From positions 90,779,130 through 90,843,129 of the forward strand of contig NC_068986.1 in NCBI RefSeq assembly GCF_001194135.2: a stretch of DNA of 64,000 nucleotides. The letters run 5' to 3'. The notes beneath the pieces were generated by a model, which saw nothing but the letters and a program-made list of their open reading frames with translations, had not been told where the DNA came from and ran no database searches. This document shows, in pieces, positions 40,925 through 53,560 of the stretch; the stretch's first letter is position 1; the number at the start of each line of letters is the position of its first letter. Made by a program: the position numbers and the translations under genes. This stretch comes from Octopus bimaculoides (taxonomy: Eukaryota).

Positions 40925-41420
40925 CCATTCTTTATTTCATAATATTTGCCATTGAGGCATTACACAGATTAGCAAGAAGCCAGGGCTGGACAAATACATC
41001 AATGAAAAAATGAGAAAAAGACATGGATGAAGAAATGGGAGGGGCACCAGCGCCCACTGACTGGCAACCCCTCGAAAACCTTTGTTCAATACTAATCAAT
41101 AGTTACAATAATAGCATCAATATTACAATGTTTCAAGAATTAAAACAATTAGTCATAATTAATTCATCCCGTCACAGCTCCTGAGCAAATTACTCACTGC
41201 CTTCAGACAAGTCCGCATTGACAAGTCGGAGTCTGTGGCGAGGCAGGTAAAATTATTCTTGTCAAAGTTGGATTTGATCTTTGACAAGATCCTGTTAGTT
41301 ACAACCTCCGCATAACACCGTTCTTGATATAGTATATCTGAAAGAAAAATAATAGTTTTCACCACCCGACTGCTGCATGAGATCTTACCTGGGACTAAGC
41401 AACAATAAAGAAAAAAGACT
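40925..41420 (-). mobile_element. 3' fragment of the ORF1-only retroposon family, in SBDS intron 4
   Basis: AEVVTNRILSKIKSNFDKNNF aligns with AEKVITKLKSIIRVKLPKEMY of the 62.6-62.9 kb copy. 3' UTR shares AGTGGG-GCT, CCATTTC, ATG-TTTGTCC and AAATAAA-GAAT. Confidence 0.55.
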
Positions 41421-42120
41421 AACACTGTCTCCAACAACATTAATATTACCAACACTACCAGTCTTTCTTCAAACTGAACAAAAATATGAATACAAATGCC
41501 AACAACATTAACAAGCATATCATTGCTACCAAGCAACAACAACAACTCTATAGGCCAGCTTGATCAGGAATGGCCTTAAGTTATACAACATCAACAGAAT
41601 TGGCAGCTAAATCTCTCTCAAATCCCATTCATCTATATTTTTAAAAAAGTGCACATTGGATAAGGTAATCCTACATACACTATGTTTGGATAAAAGATAA
41701 GATAGTCACAGATAGAACACTTTTGATCATATATATCGGTTGAATTAGAGTTCAACTGGATTAAATAACATTATTTCTAATTTCAGCACAAGGCCAATAA
41801 TTTGAGGGGAGCAGGGCCAGTTTATTACATCAACCCCAATATTTGATTGGTACTTTATTTTATCATCCCCCCCCCCCAAAAGTGAAAGGCAAAGTTGACT
41901 GGTGGAATTTGAACTCAGAATGTAAAGAGGCACAAGAAATGCTGCTAACCATTTTGTCCACAACACTAGCAATTCTGATAGCTCATTGTCTTAAATAATA
42001 ACACCAACCAAAATCACATTTGGATATTTTTTGCAGCCATTTTTTCATTATGATAGAAAACCTTTGTTACTACATACTTTGTTCCTCATTTGATTGGCAC
42101 AGACTCAAGCCTCATGGATT

Positions 42121-43082
42121 AAAAACTAGAGGTAGTCGATAGCTTCCGCTATCTGGGCGACCAAGTTAGTAGTGGGGGTGGGTGCGCTGAAAGTGTAGCT
42201 GCTAGAATAAGAATAGCCTGGGCAAAGTTTAGAGAGCTCTTACCCCTGCTGGCGACAAAGGGACTCTCACTCAGAGTAAAAGGCAGACTGTATGACGCAT
42301 GCGTACGAACAACCATGCTACATGGCAGTGAAACATGGGCTGTAACTGCTGAGGACATACGTAAGCTCGCAAGGAATGAAGCCAGTATGCTCCGTTGGAT
42401 GTGTAATGTCAATGTGAATACCCGTCAGAGTGTAAGTATCTTGAGAGAAAAGCTGAACATTAGAAGCATCAGTTGTGGCGTGCAAGAGAGACGATTGCGN
42501 NNNNNNNNNNNNNNNNNNNNNNNNNNNNNNNNNNNNNNNNNNNNNNNNNNNNNNNNNNNNNNNNNNNNNNNNNNNNNNNNNNNNNNNNNNNNNNNNNNNN
42601 NNNNNNNNNNNNNNNNNNNNNNNNNNNNNNNNNNNNNNNNNNNNNNNNNNNNNNNNNNNNNNNNNNNNNNNNNNNNNNNNNNNNNNNNNNNNNNNNNNNN
42701 NNNNNNNNNNNNNNNNNNNNNNNNNNNNNNNNNNNNNNNNNNNNNNNNNNNNNNNNNNNNNNNNNNNNNNNNNNNNNNNNNNNNNNNNNNNNNNNNNNNN
42801 NNNNNNNNNNNNNNNNNNNNNNNNNNNNNNNNNNNNNNNNNNNNGGCTTGTGCGGGTGGCACATAAAAGACACCATTTCGAGCGTGGCCGTTTTCGTGCG
42901 GGTGACACGTAAAAGCACCCACTACACTCTCTGAGTGGTTGGCGTTAGGAAGGGCATCCAGCTGTAGAAACTCTGCCAAATCAGACTGGAGCCTGGTGTT
43001 GCCATCCGGTTTCACCAGTCCTCAGTCAAATCGTCCAACCCATGCTAGCATGGAAAGCGGACGTTAAACGATGATGATGATG
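42121..43082 (+). mobile_element. 5'-truncated RTE-clade LINE in SBDS intron 4
   Basis: VDSFRYLGDQV...RIRIAWAKFRELLPLL...KGRLYDACVRTTMLHGSETW, typical of the RTE ORF2 C-terminal region. 3' UTR ends in a (GAT)n tail. The middle is gapped. Confidence 0.9.
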
Positions 43083-44115
43083 TATAAGAAATTGTTGTTG
43101 TTCCAAGTTAGTTTTGGTTCAGTGAATCTATACTCAAAAGCATTTTAACTATGGCTGTCCCATTTTGTTGTACATCCAGAACTAGAATTGTGCAATGAGT
43201 CTTTTTTTAAGACAGTCAGGTGTGAGATGAGGGAAATTTGGCTGCTAATTCTAGCGAATTAATCAACCACATAGAGGCTCCCTTGTTGGTTTGTTGTAAA
43301 AGAACTTTTCTAGTGCTGGTGCCACACTAAACACATGGAGTTTGTGTTGGTGGTTAATAACAAGAATTCCATTTGAAAAAGAATCCCACATTTCTCATTA
43401 AAACATCAAAATCCTACAATTAAGTAACCAGAAATATCACAATTTTTTCTACTTTGCTTGTCATCCATCTGAAGTTCACAAAATAAGTACATTATCAGAA
43501 GCAGCAGCATTGACAGCAAGCCCTTATTTTGTTTCCAAGGAAGGTACTATGTTTTGATGGCCTTCACACATTGAACAGCTGAGGCAGATATTTTGTTTAT
43601 AGGGGACATAAATAAATGTCACTGATAACCAAGTGATATTAATAAAAAACACACAGAACCAAACACACACACATATGAGGGGCTTCTCTATGGTTTTTGT
43701 TGACTAAATTTCACTAACAAAGCATTGGTCAACCTGTGATAATAGTAGAAGACTCTTTTCCAAGTTTCCATGCACCATGATTGAACTCAAAATCATGTGG
43801 CTGTGAAGCAAACATTTTAACTACATAACCACATTGTTAAAATAACTACCTGGATCAATCTAATAGACTATATCCTAGAAGGCAGGGTTGTAGCATGGCC
43901 ACAGTTTAATAAGTGAAAGCAGTATAGAAGCGGGGAGAGTAATGGCAACATTTAGGATTTGAGGTTTTGAAATGATCTATTTCTAAATATATTTTCAGTC
44001 TCTAAATATATAACCAATGTATTGTGAGTGATGTTTAGCACACATGATACCTTATTTTCTTTTCAAGAATTAAGAGATGAAAAAGGAAGCCAAAAACAGA
44101 AAGGGAGACACTCAC

Positions 44116-44200
44116 CTGAAACTCCTATCCTTAAACGCATCTGTGCACGTTGAATTTTGATAGTGTCTGATGCCTTTAGTTGTTTGATGACTTCTAGTGC
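44116..44200 (-). CDS. SBDS: SBDS coding exon 4 (85 nt)
   Basis: Acceptor TGTAG; ALEVIKQLKASDTIKIQRAQMRLRIGVS; donor G|GTGAGT, phase 1. Confidence 0.95.
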
Positions 44201-45959
44201 CTACAATAGTAAAACACGAATTTAAGGGGATGCAAGACAAAGAAAAATTATAAAAGAAATTCTTTAAAAATAAGTATCAACATAGTACTTTAGAATGGGT
44301 TTCTTTTTCAAAAAATATGTTTGCAAATTCAAACAGGTAACAATGATAGATTTTTTTCTCTTATCATTCACGAGTACCAATGACATTTTCAACAGAAAGC
44401 TCTACAAAAAAGACATTTTTTTTTCAATGGCACTGAAGACTAAAATATTTGAAGAACATTGTAAAAGAATTAAGATACCATTATGTTTTATTCAAGTGTT
44501 TGACTAAATTTTCTGTCTAAGATGTATCCATTCTATTTTTTTTTTTTTTTACTGGTTTTCATTCACTTTACCATGTAAGGGATGATTAATTTGTAGTAGT
44601 ATTTACAGCTAGTTTTTCTTCCTACAATTAACTGCTTAATAGAAGCAGAGCCAGTTTCACTAAGTCGATGGATGGCAGAATCAACAGAGAGTAAGACTTA
44701 ATACCCAATAGTATTTAGTTATATTCAGAATCCAATTAACATTGTCTTCCATTTAGCCATTATCTTCCTTCAAATCCCACTCTATTATCTTAAAAAAAGA
44801 TTACATTAGATAATGTAGTCTTCAAGACACCTTATCTGAATGAAAGATAGGATGGTCATAGTTCTAGTACCTTCAATTATAGGTCAGCTCAATCAAGACT
44901 GACCACAAGCTAAACAGCCTAATAAACCTAGTATTATATTGATTTCCTGAGAGCCATGCTTAAATTCACCTTCATAGCATAAAGCAGGTGAGAGATAAAC
45001 TCACTTTTGATAGGACACTTGTTCTTTCACAGATTAACATAACCAAATAATTTATGAGCAAGTTTTGGGAGTTTACACATGTAACAAGACTCCACACCAG
45101 TTAGTGAAGTATGCTATAAGTGGAAAATTAGGTGTAAAACAGAGAAAAATCTATTTTGGGGATCAAGTCATGCAAGGTTATAAAATATAAACATTCCAAC
45201 TTGAGCTAATGAAGTAACCTCTACATGGCTGCTCATCTTGATAGAAATACCAGCTAAATTTTCTTCAAGCCTGTTTTCTCCATCACATGAATGAGAAAAT
45301 GACCTATGTGGTTGTATTTCATTGTGCTACCCAACCACATAGAATGGCAACAGGCAAAAAAGCTGTTTTTCCACATCTGAGCAGGCCAAGTAATCATGTA
45401 GAGGACACCTTATGGGTTTGTCATTTGACAGCTGTTGTATAAAACAAGGACTGACAGAGTAAACATGATGGAAGGTATTCTAGTTGTGACCATCCTACGA
45501 TTTTGGAAGCATAGCAGAACCCAGACCATAGCAGGATATGGTTTGAGGGAGATTTAACAGCTAACTAGTCATAACCAAAAAAGCAGCCATGTAGAAGATC
45601 TCTTCTTAGCTGGGATGGTTGGAATCTTATCGATCTTTTCAAACCCATCACTAATTTGATGACAAAGCATTTGAGAAACTGGATAAACAAGCAAATAGAT
45701 TTAGCCAAAGATTGATTTTTAACAGAGGCACAAAGCCTCTGATTTTGTGGAGAGTACAATCAATTAAATGAGTCCCTGTACTTGAGTACGTTATTCTGTC
45801 AACCCAAGAAAGATGAAAAACAGTCAACTCCAGCTGCCATTAATCTCACAATATGAAGGGATGTAAATAAAGCCTGATTATTTTGTCTAACACTCATCAT
45901 TTCAGCTAATTCACTACTCCCAACTGAATGAATGCTAGAAAGAATGCATCCAAAATTAC

Positions 45960-46160
45960 CTGTTGTTTAGTGTTCTTGTTTGGTTTGACAGAAATGTGTA
46001 GGTCTTTCATAGCTTTTTCTATCAAGGTTACAGGAAACGGTCGATTGTTCTCAAGGTTTACACATTTGTCAGCAACAACTGTAGCAATGTCTCGGTACAT
46101 AGACTCCAGCTGAGCCTGTCTTTCCTTCTCTGACACCTGCTGTTCACCCTTTGCTAAAAT
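45960..46160 (-). CDS. SBDS: SBDS coding exon 3 (201 nt)
   Basis: Acceptor ACAG; [67 protein letters not shown]; donor CAG|GTAATT. Confidence 0.97.
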
Positions 46161-46799
46161 CTGTCAGAAAATACAAATGAAAAAAGAAGAGAGGTGAAAA
46201 CGGTGAAAAATTTATAAAAAGTAAACAGAAAAGTAAAATTTAGCATTTTAATATGGAATTTAAATATTCTCGGTTTTTCAGAATGGTAGTGTTTGATCTG
46301 AAGATTTGGTTGCTATTTCTAGAAAGTCAAGTCACTATATAGAAGCTTGGTAATAGAGGCATATTGTAAAGGCAGTTCAGATAAAGTGTAGCAATGAATA
46401 TTGGTAGTCCTCTGCTCATTATCAGTAAGGAGTGTACACAGAAATTTACAACACCTCTCCCACACTGGTTCTGATGACTTTGTAAGCACTCTAGACATTA
46501 AATCCCTTTGAAAGCAACATGACTTTGTTATGACATTAGCCTTGGTTTGATTCCATCAATTTATCAGTTGTAATTTTGTAAATAGATTTCTTGGGAAAAG
46601 AAAGATCAGACTCTTCAATAAATGATCAAACGTACATGCCTTTCAAGAACTCGGTACATCTTTGTCTCAAATGATAACCAAGTTCTTTGTTTGGAAAAGT
46701 TTGTTCTCAAATGCATGGCCAAAAGAAAGCATTAGATGAGAATGTTGCATAGTATGACATGTTCCAATTAATTTACACACAGGGACCTTTGGCATTATG

Positions 46800-47101
46800 T
46801 CGTGCTTGAGAAGGAGACCCATCAAACCAAGCAAAATCGCAGTCGTGACAGATACTGGTGTCACGCAAATGGCACCCATACTGGTGGCACATAAAAGCAC
46901 CCTTTACACTCTCAGTGTGGTTGGTGTTAAGAAGGGCATCCAGCCGTAGAAAACCATGCCAAATCAGACTGGAGTCTGGTGCAGCCTTCCAGCTTACCAG
47001 CCCTGGTCAAACCGTTTAACCCATGCCAGCATGGACAATGGACGTTAAATGATGATGATGATGATGATGACGATGATGATGATGACGATGATGATGATGA
47101 C
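46800..47101 (+). mobile_element. RTE-tailed SINE or RTE 3' end with long (GAT)n tail
   Basis: AAGGGCATCCAGC-GTAGAAA...CCATGC-AGCATGG...GGACGTTAAA-(GAT)n, shared with 42845-43082. Further copies at about 416-630, 790-1180, 14325-14490, 22954-23070, 30130-30260, 39810-39970 and 52262-52600. Confidence 0.8.
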
Positions 47102-48214
47102 AGAAGAATCATTTCTTTCAAACTAAAAATGTTGTACATAATGTGTGCTAATTATCAGGCAAGAATATTTTAACACTAACAGAAGCAAATACTAGAAATC
47201 CCTTCCCTAAACGACTTTCAAAATTTGTATTCAGTAAATAAATTTATAAAAAAAAAATCTAGTGCATTTTTTTTCAATATGTGTTTTGTAAATTATTAAA
47301 CTCTGTATTGCAACTTATAAAAACTTAAACAACATACCTTTTTTATTAAGATTGGTGAACATCATCATAAAATTAACTGCATACTCAGAATTGGTTGTTG
47401 AATGTGTGTATGTAGATACAGATACACACTGACACACATATGGCCCAACCAGAGCCTTCTGAGCGGATTAAGTTGACAGAAAATGAAAGAAGCCTGTTGT
47501 GTGAGTGTGTGCACGCATGCATGTGTGTGTATGAAGTGTATGTGCATGTGTCCATCTCCTTATCTTGACATCACATGACCATTCTAAATGACCATCAACA
47601 TCATATAAGACATTGTTGTTTCTAGCCTTGCATGAAAAACATGTCTGATCGTGAGGAAATATTACCTTGGTTGGAAGCAAGTGAGGGTTGGTGACAGAAA
47701 GAGCTCATGGTCGTAGATGATCTGCCTCAGGGAATTCACATCTTTCCACCACCTGTGCAGAGTACACCATCCACTTCACTTCCCTCTGATTCTCTCACTT
47801 TTCTCTATGAGCAAATAGAAGGGGCTGCCAGTGGGATAATAAAATGCACCCAATTCACTCTGCAAAGTGGTTGGTTATAAGAAATACATCCAACCATAGA
47901 AAACAAGGCAAACTGTAGCCTATAAGAGATAGACTCCATAAGCTGCAACACAAGCTATGTATTTAACAGAGCTGTAACTGAGAATAAGAATTGATACACA
48001 AGTAACAGGATAAAGTCTCTAAATGCATGGAGCATGATAAAATCCTCTTAAGACATACATGAAGTTGGGTTTTTTTCTATTGTTGTATGTGCAACATGAA
48101 GCACAAAAAATTTCACTAACATGAAAGAAAAATAGACAAGATGATTGTAATGATGAATGATGATTAAAACAAAGAACTACAGGTGAGGTGAAGTTAAGCT
48201 TAAGAAAAGTCTAC

Positions 48215-48344
48215 CTGTAAACAAATTTCATCTTGGTTATCCGTACCAAAAGCCTTTTTCAGATCTTCAGCCTTGGCCACTTGACCTTTAGAAACATTCA
48301 TGAACACAGCATGTGTCTGTAGAACTTCATCAATGTCTTTCTCT
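48215..48344 (-). CDS. SBDS: SBDS coding exon 2 (130 nt)
   Basis: Acceptor TTTTAG; [43 protein letters not shown]; donor CAG|GTAG. Confidence 0.97.
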
Positions 48345-48617
48345 CTAAAAAAGATAAGTAAATGCTCCAATAATTCTTTCAAGCATAAACTAATGAGAAA
48401 TTTACAGGCAATATGGCTTTGCTTACATTCATGCTATTTCTCTCATATATAGGATGGGTGGAACTTTTTGGGGCAATGTTTTACAACCAAATTCTCTTCC
48501 TGAAGCCAACTCTCAATTGCTTCCCAAGACATGCAGATATGATATGCCTATTCAACAAAAAACAGGATATGTAGGTGTGTGAGTGTGTGTGTATATATAA
48601 TATACATATATGAGTGT

Positions 48618-48920
48618 GAAGGCGCGTGGTTTATTGGTTTGAGTATTCAACTCGCAATCGTAAGGTCGTGAGTTCGATTCCTGGCAGCACATTGTATCTT
48701 TGAGCAAGACACTTTCCTTCACGTTGCTCCAGTTCACTCAGCTGGCAAAAATAGTAGTACCTGTAACTCAAAGGGCCAGCCTTGTTATGTTATGTGTCAT
48801 GCTGAATCTCCCTTAGAGCTATGTCTGTGGAGTGCTCAGGCACGTTAATTCTACAAGCAGGCTGTTCCATTGATCAGATCAACCAGAACCACCCTCATCA
48901 TCATAATCGATACAGTGCCA
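48618..48920 (+). mobile_element. tRNA-derived CORE-like SINE
   Basis: GAGTTCGATTCC B box, TTGAGCAAGACACT CORE-like motif, shared central domain. Confidence 0.8.
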
Positions 48921-49637
48921 GCTGATATATAAATTAGTATCAGATGTAGATTCAAAGAAGTATGTGGCTTTCACAGTAAGCTCTTCTTACAGACTCAGCT
49001 ATTGGTCCACAGAGCAATCAATTACAAAGAAATGCAATGTAGAGTGTCTATGTAACTGTAAATTCAGAAAATCCAAGCAATCAAATTATTTCATAAGGAG
49101 TACATAAAAATGTAAAGTCAGGAGGTATGAGAGGTGAAAATATAAATTTAACCATTTGAATTCCATAGGATTACAGCCATTTTGCAGCCTTATTCTTGTA
49201 GTGTTTAATTTTAATGTGGAAGAAATTTTGCATACGTTTGCATTAATATGTATGTATTGTATGATGCTGACCATACATGTTAATGTAAACATGTATGCAT
49301 AATATCTTCAATACTGAAATTAATACTACATGAATAAGATTGCAAAATAGCCATAACCCAGTGGAAGTCACATGATTTAATAAATATATATTCTCCTCTC
49401 ATACCTCCTCATGATACATACAAAGACTAACAGACAGACATAAGCATATATATATATAAATATGCACTGGCATGGGTATGTCCACTTCTACATGGTTTCA
49501 AGTTAGTCCTACAATGTGCCACTTTGACCAAGTGTCTTCTACTATAGCCCTGGGTTGATCAAAACCTTGTGAGTGAATTTGGTAGAAGGAAATTGAAACT
49601 TGTCGTAAATATATGTGTGAGTGTGTAAACATATATA

Positions 49638-50763
49638 TAGGGTGTCCAAAATAAATGAACACCTGTTTTCGAAATTACTGTTCTGGTCCAGGTACTGTTA
49701 TAACATGAAGTAATGGAATCGCAAACATTAAGAAACATTTCATTCAGTATTTGTGCACATTCTCAGGAAATGGCTGCCCTCAGTTTGTCAACTGTTGCCA
49801 GTTTCTACTGTAAACTTTATCTTCTAAGTAACCCCATAAAAAAAACTCTAACGGTGTGGAGATTTAGTGAATGCAGAGGGTATTCCACAAGACCTCTTTA
49901 TCCAATCCACCTGTTTGGTAAAATCTCATTAAGGTAGGACCTTACTATAATAGTGTAAGGGTGCCTCATCTTGCTGGAGATAAAACTCCACATCTTCAAA
50001 GTCCTCTTGAATGCTTAGCATATTAAATTATCACGAGTTCAAGTAAATGGAACCAATTATAGTACCCTCAAAAAAAGAATGGTTCAGTTAATCCTTTTGA
50101 TGATAAGCCACACCACCTTGTAATTTCTGGCAAATTAACATGATGTTCTTCCGTATGCAGACTCTCAGGTGCCAGCAGGTGCAGTTGAGGAGATGAATTG
50201 ATCCATAAGATTTAAACATTGCCTAATCACTCTAAACAATTTTTGTTGGAAAGTGAGCATCTTCTACACGTCTTGCCAAAATCCACTCTTCAGCCCAGAT
50301 CATCTTTATTGAGAGCATGGATTATTCTTGGGATGTAACTTTCCCAATGATGGCACTTCGAAATCTGATGTGTACTTGATTTTGAAGTTCCTATGTCATT
50401 ACTCACTGCGAAGATTTTCTTGAACTCTGGCAATACATTTCTAGTACTCTTTCTTACTTTGTGAGGTTCATCAATGTCCATAGCCTACCAGAATGTTTCT
50501 TGTGAACATTCTGAGCAGTTCCATTGGCTTCAGACTTATCTCTAATTCAAGTGAGGATAAGTTGCACAGGTGGATCCATTTGAAACTCCCTTTGCACGTC
50601 AACTTCATTTTCAAACTTCCAAAAGAGCTTTAGGACAAATTTCCTTTGTTCAAAGCTTTGTCTGGCTTTCTTCATTATTTCTAATGGGTTAAATCTAAAA
50701 AGAAATGAAAATTACATTATCAGCAGTTAAAAGTGTGTATACATTTTTGCAGGACATTTTGTA
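49638..50763 (-). mobile_element. Decayed Tc1/mariner-superfamily transposon in SBDS intron 1, same family as 16890-17887
   Basis: Remnant IGTSKSSTHQISKCHHWESYIPRIIHALNKDD. Degenerate TIRs in TA context. Shares CCTGGACCAGAACA with the 17.7 kb copy. Confidence 0.75.
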
Positions 50764-52072
50764 CATATATATATATATATATATATGCATATTTGTCTAC
50801 ACATATAATTAGTTATTGAGTGTAAACAATGGCTTCAGTGGTGGTGTAATTTGCTTGTAGTCCACCATAAAAGCACATCCAAGTTTTGAGACAGGTTTTA
50901 ACATGCTACGCAAACTTTGTAAACAAAACAAGTTTATTTCATAGAGTATCATTTGTTTCCATGTAAACATGTCCAGACTGTTTTTTGTTCAGTAGAGTAG
51001 GAGAGAATTACCTCACTCGGTAAAAAGTGGGGCTCAGCAACAGGAAGGATATCTGGCTGTACAAAACACTGCCCCAAAATACTCATCTCACTCATGCAAG
51101 TATGAAACGTCCGTCTTCCATGTTGGCATGCATATATATATATATATATAATTTTTTTTTCTGTGTGTATGTACAAGCATGATTAGGTTATGTGATTAAG
51201 ATCACTTCCCAATCATGTGGTTTCGCCTAAATATTTACAATAAAACAACAAAGTCTACCTCACTAAAGGTATCCAAGGATCAGATGATGGAGTTTAACTA
51301 TGTGCCAGACAGAGTCTACTATCATGGAGTTAATTTATTCTTTTGAAAAACTGATGATTCACACTATTGCTGACTGAACACAAAACGGTGAGAAATTCAG
51401 TTTATGGAGGATGCTTCATTTTACAGGTAAATTCTGATTTTAACATTAAAGCAAATGGAAGGAGAAGCTATAATCAATTGCATTCTGTTTTGGTTAATCA
51501 CTTAAACAGTTCATAAAATAGTTTCTATAATATAAGTATTTCTAATCATCTTTCACTTTCCTGAACAGATAAGGTTTGTAAATCATTAAGTTATAGAGTA
51601 CTCATAAAGCCTGTCTCCATGTAATACATATGTGTCAAGACAGATTGGTAAAATATTCCCATCTCCAAATGACACATAAAGAAGGGACTAAATTCAAAAC
51701 TATGTAATGAATCTCTAATTAATTTTACAATGCTACAGCTGTTCATAGCAGTGATTTATTCCCATCCTGCAATATTTATTAACAGACAGACTGGGGTGTT
51801 TGAAAGTTAAGTTTCTTGTCCATGGACACAACACAGTGCTGATGGGAAGATACAAATCCCCATCATTTTAGTTAATTATGCAATATTCTGTTGACATCTG
51901 AGTGGTAAATCACTTAAGTTTAACATTACCATCATGAGCCAACCTATGTTCACTAAACTTGCTAGAAACAGGCCACATCCTATGATCTTAAGAATAGGCA
52001 CACCAGATAATGTGCTCATGGTTGTGGTAACTGGGATAAAGACAAGATGAGTACAATTAGAATACTGCAGAC

Positions 52073-52648
52073 CAGTGGTTCCCAACCATTTTTTGTCTGT
52101 GAATTCCTTTGTTTCCTATTTTACTATACTGGACCCCCATAGCCATTCAAAATATATATATTTTTTTTTTTAATCCTACTGTATTTTCATAATTGAATAT
52201 TATTGGGAATTTTATTAAAAAATTAAAATATTCTTTGTATTGTAGATGTATAAGCAATTTAGTGTCGCTAGTGCTGCCGAACTGGCTCCTGTGCAGGTGG
52301 CACGTAAAATACACCATTTTGAGCGTGGCCGTTGCCAGTACCGCTTGACTGGTATTCGTGCCAGTGGCACGTAAAAAGCACCCACTACNNNNNNNNNNCC
52401 GCTTGACTGGTATTCGTGCCAGTGGCACGTAAAAAGCACCCACTACACTCTTGGAGTGGTTGGCGATAGGGAGGGCATCCAGCTGTAGAAACTCTGCCAA
52501 ATCAGATTGGATCCTGGTCTAGCCATCTGATGCACCAGTCCTCAGTCAAATCGTCCAGCCCATGCTAGCATGGAAAGCGGACGTTAAACGACAATGATTA
52601 TATGGATCCCCCACCAAGGGCTACATGGTCTCTGATTGAGAACCACTA
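52073..52648 (+). mobile_element. hAT MITE interrupted by an RTE-tailed SINE
   Basis: CAGTGGTTCCCAACC ... TTGAGAACCACTA ends; imperfect TSD CTGCAGAC/CTGTAAAC; SINE at about 52262-52600 inside. Confidence 0.7.
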
Positions 52649-53209
52649 CTGTAAACCATAGCACTACTCAATCAGGTCTGATGCAGGACTAAACAGTTTC
52701 CCTGTAGTCTCTTGACTACCAACTAATCTCCCCTGTCATAAAAGACACATTGGATGATAAGTTAGTAGCTGGAATGACTTTCATCATAAATCTGCTCAGT
52801 CAGCACTGAAATAGAAATGAATATTTTTTAAGGCTTAGTCACTGGGAATTGTGGGAAGAACAGCACTTGTATTTTTCAGATACTCAGTGCTGGCTGGGGA
52901 CAGGGACGAAGAAAGTTGTCTACAACTAGAGACATGATCAGAATGTTTGTAACAGAGTGAACTCTGATAAAGATACCTATCAGTCAATTGATAGTAGTAG
53001 TAGTGTTAAACAGACAATTTAATTCTAAAATCCAAGCTGCATGATCAAGTGCAGTGTGACAGACACAGTATATATACGAGGGAGCCTAGCAGCTTGTTTT
53101 ACATTTTACAGAAACAATGGTTTGTAACACCGTACCCCACTCCCACAAAATATACTTTGACTGACATACTTCTATCTAAGCAACTTACTGCATTAACAAA
53201 CCTCTACAC

Positions 53210-53560
53210 CAGGGGTTCCCGACTGTTTTCATCTACGGACACTTTTGTTTACTATTTTATTCTGGTGGACACCATTGCCATTCGATGTTTAAAAACTAGT
53301 TTTATAAAAACCTTTCAAAATTCCTGTTTTGTTTTTCACACATTAACTTGTGTAGGTTGAACTATTTAAAATGTTAGAGAAAAAAACCTGGTTGTTTCTT
53401 GCAATAAATACAATGCATACATCTAAAGCAAAATTTTTTCAGGGGTCCTTAAAATACTGTTGTGGATCCCCAATTTACTATTTTGTTGTGTGGACCCCCC
53501 CCCCCAAAAAAAAAGCTTATAAGGACCCTCTGGTGCCATAAGGAACCTAGTTGAGAACAA
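53210..53560 (+). mobile_element. hAT MITE, same family as 31245-31565
   Basis: Starts CAGGGGTTCC after CTCTACAC. The interior is colinear with the 31.2 kb copy (AAAACTAGTTTTAT...GGTTGAACTA...CAGGGG). The right end is degraded. Confidence 0.75.

Noticed and set aside
46979-47173. Poly-Asp / poly-Ser ORFs
   Set aside because: Translation of the (GAT)n SINE tail.
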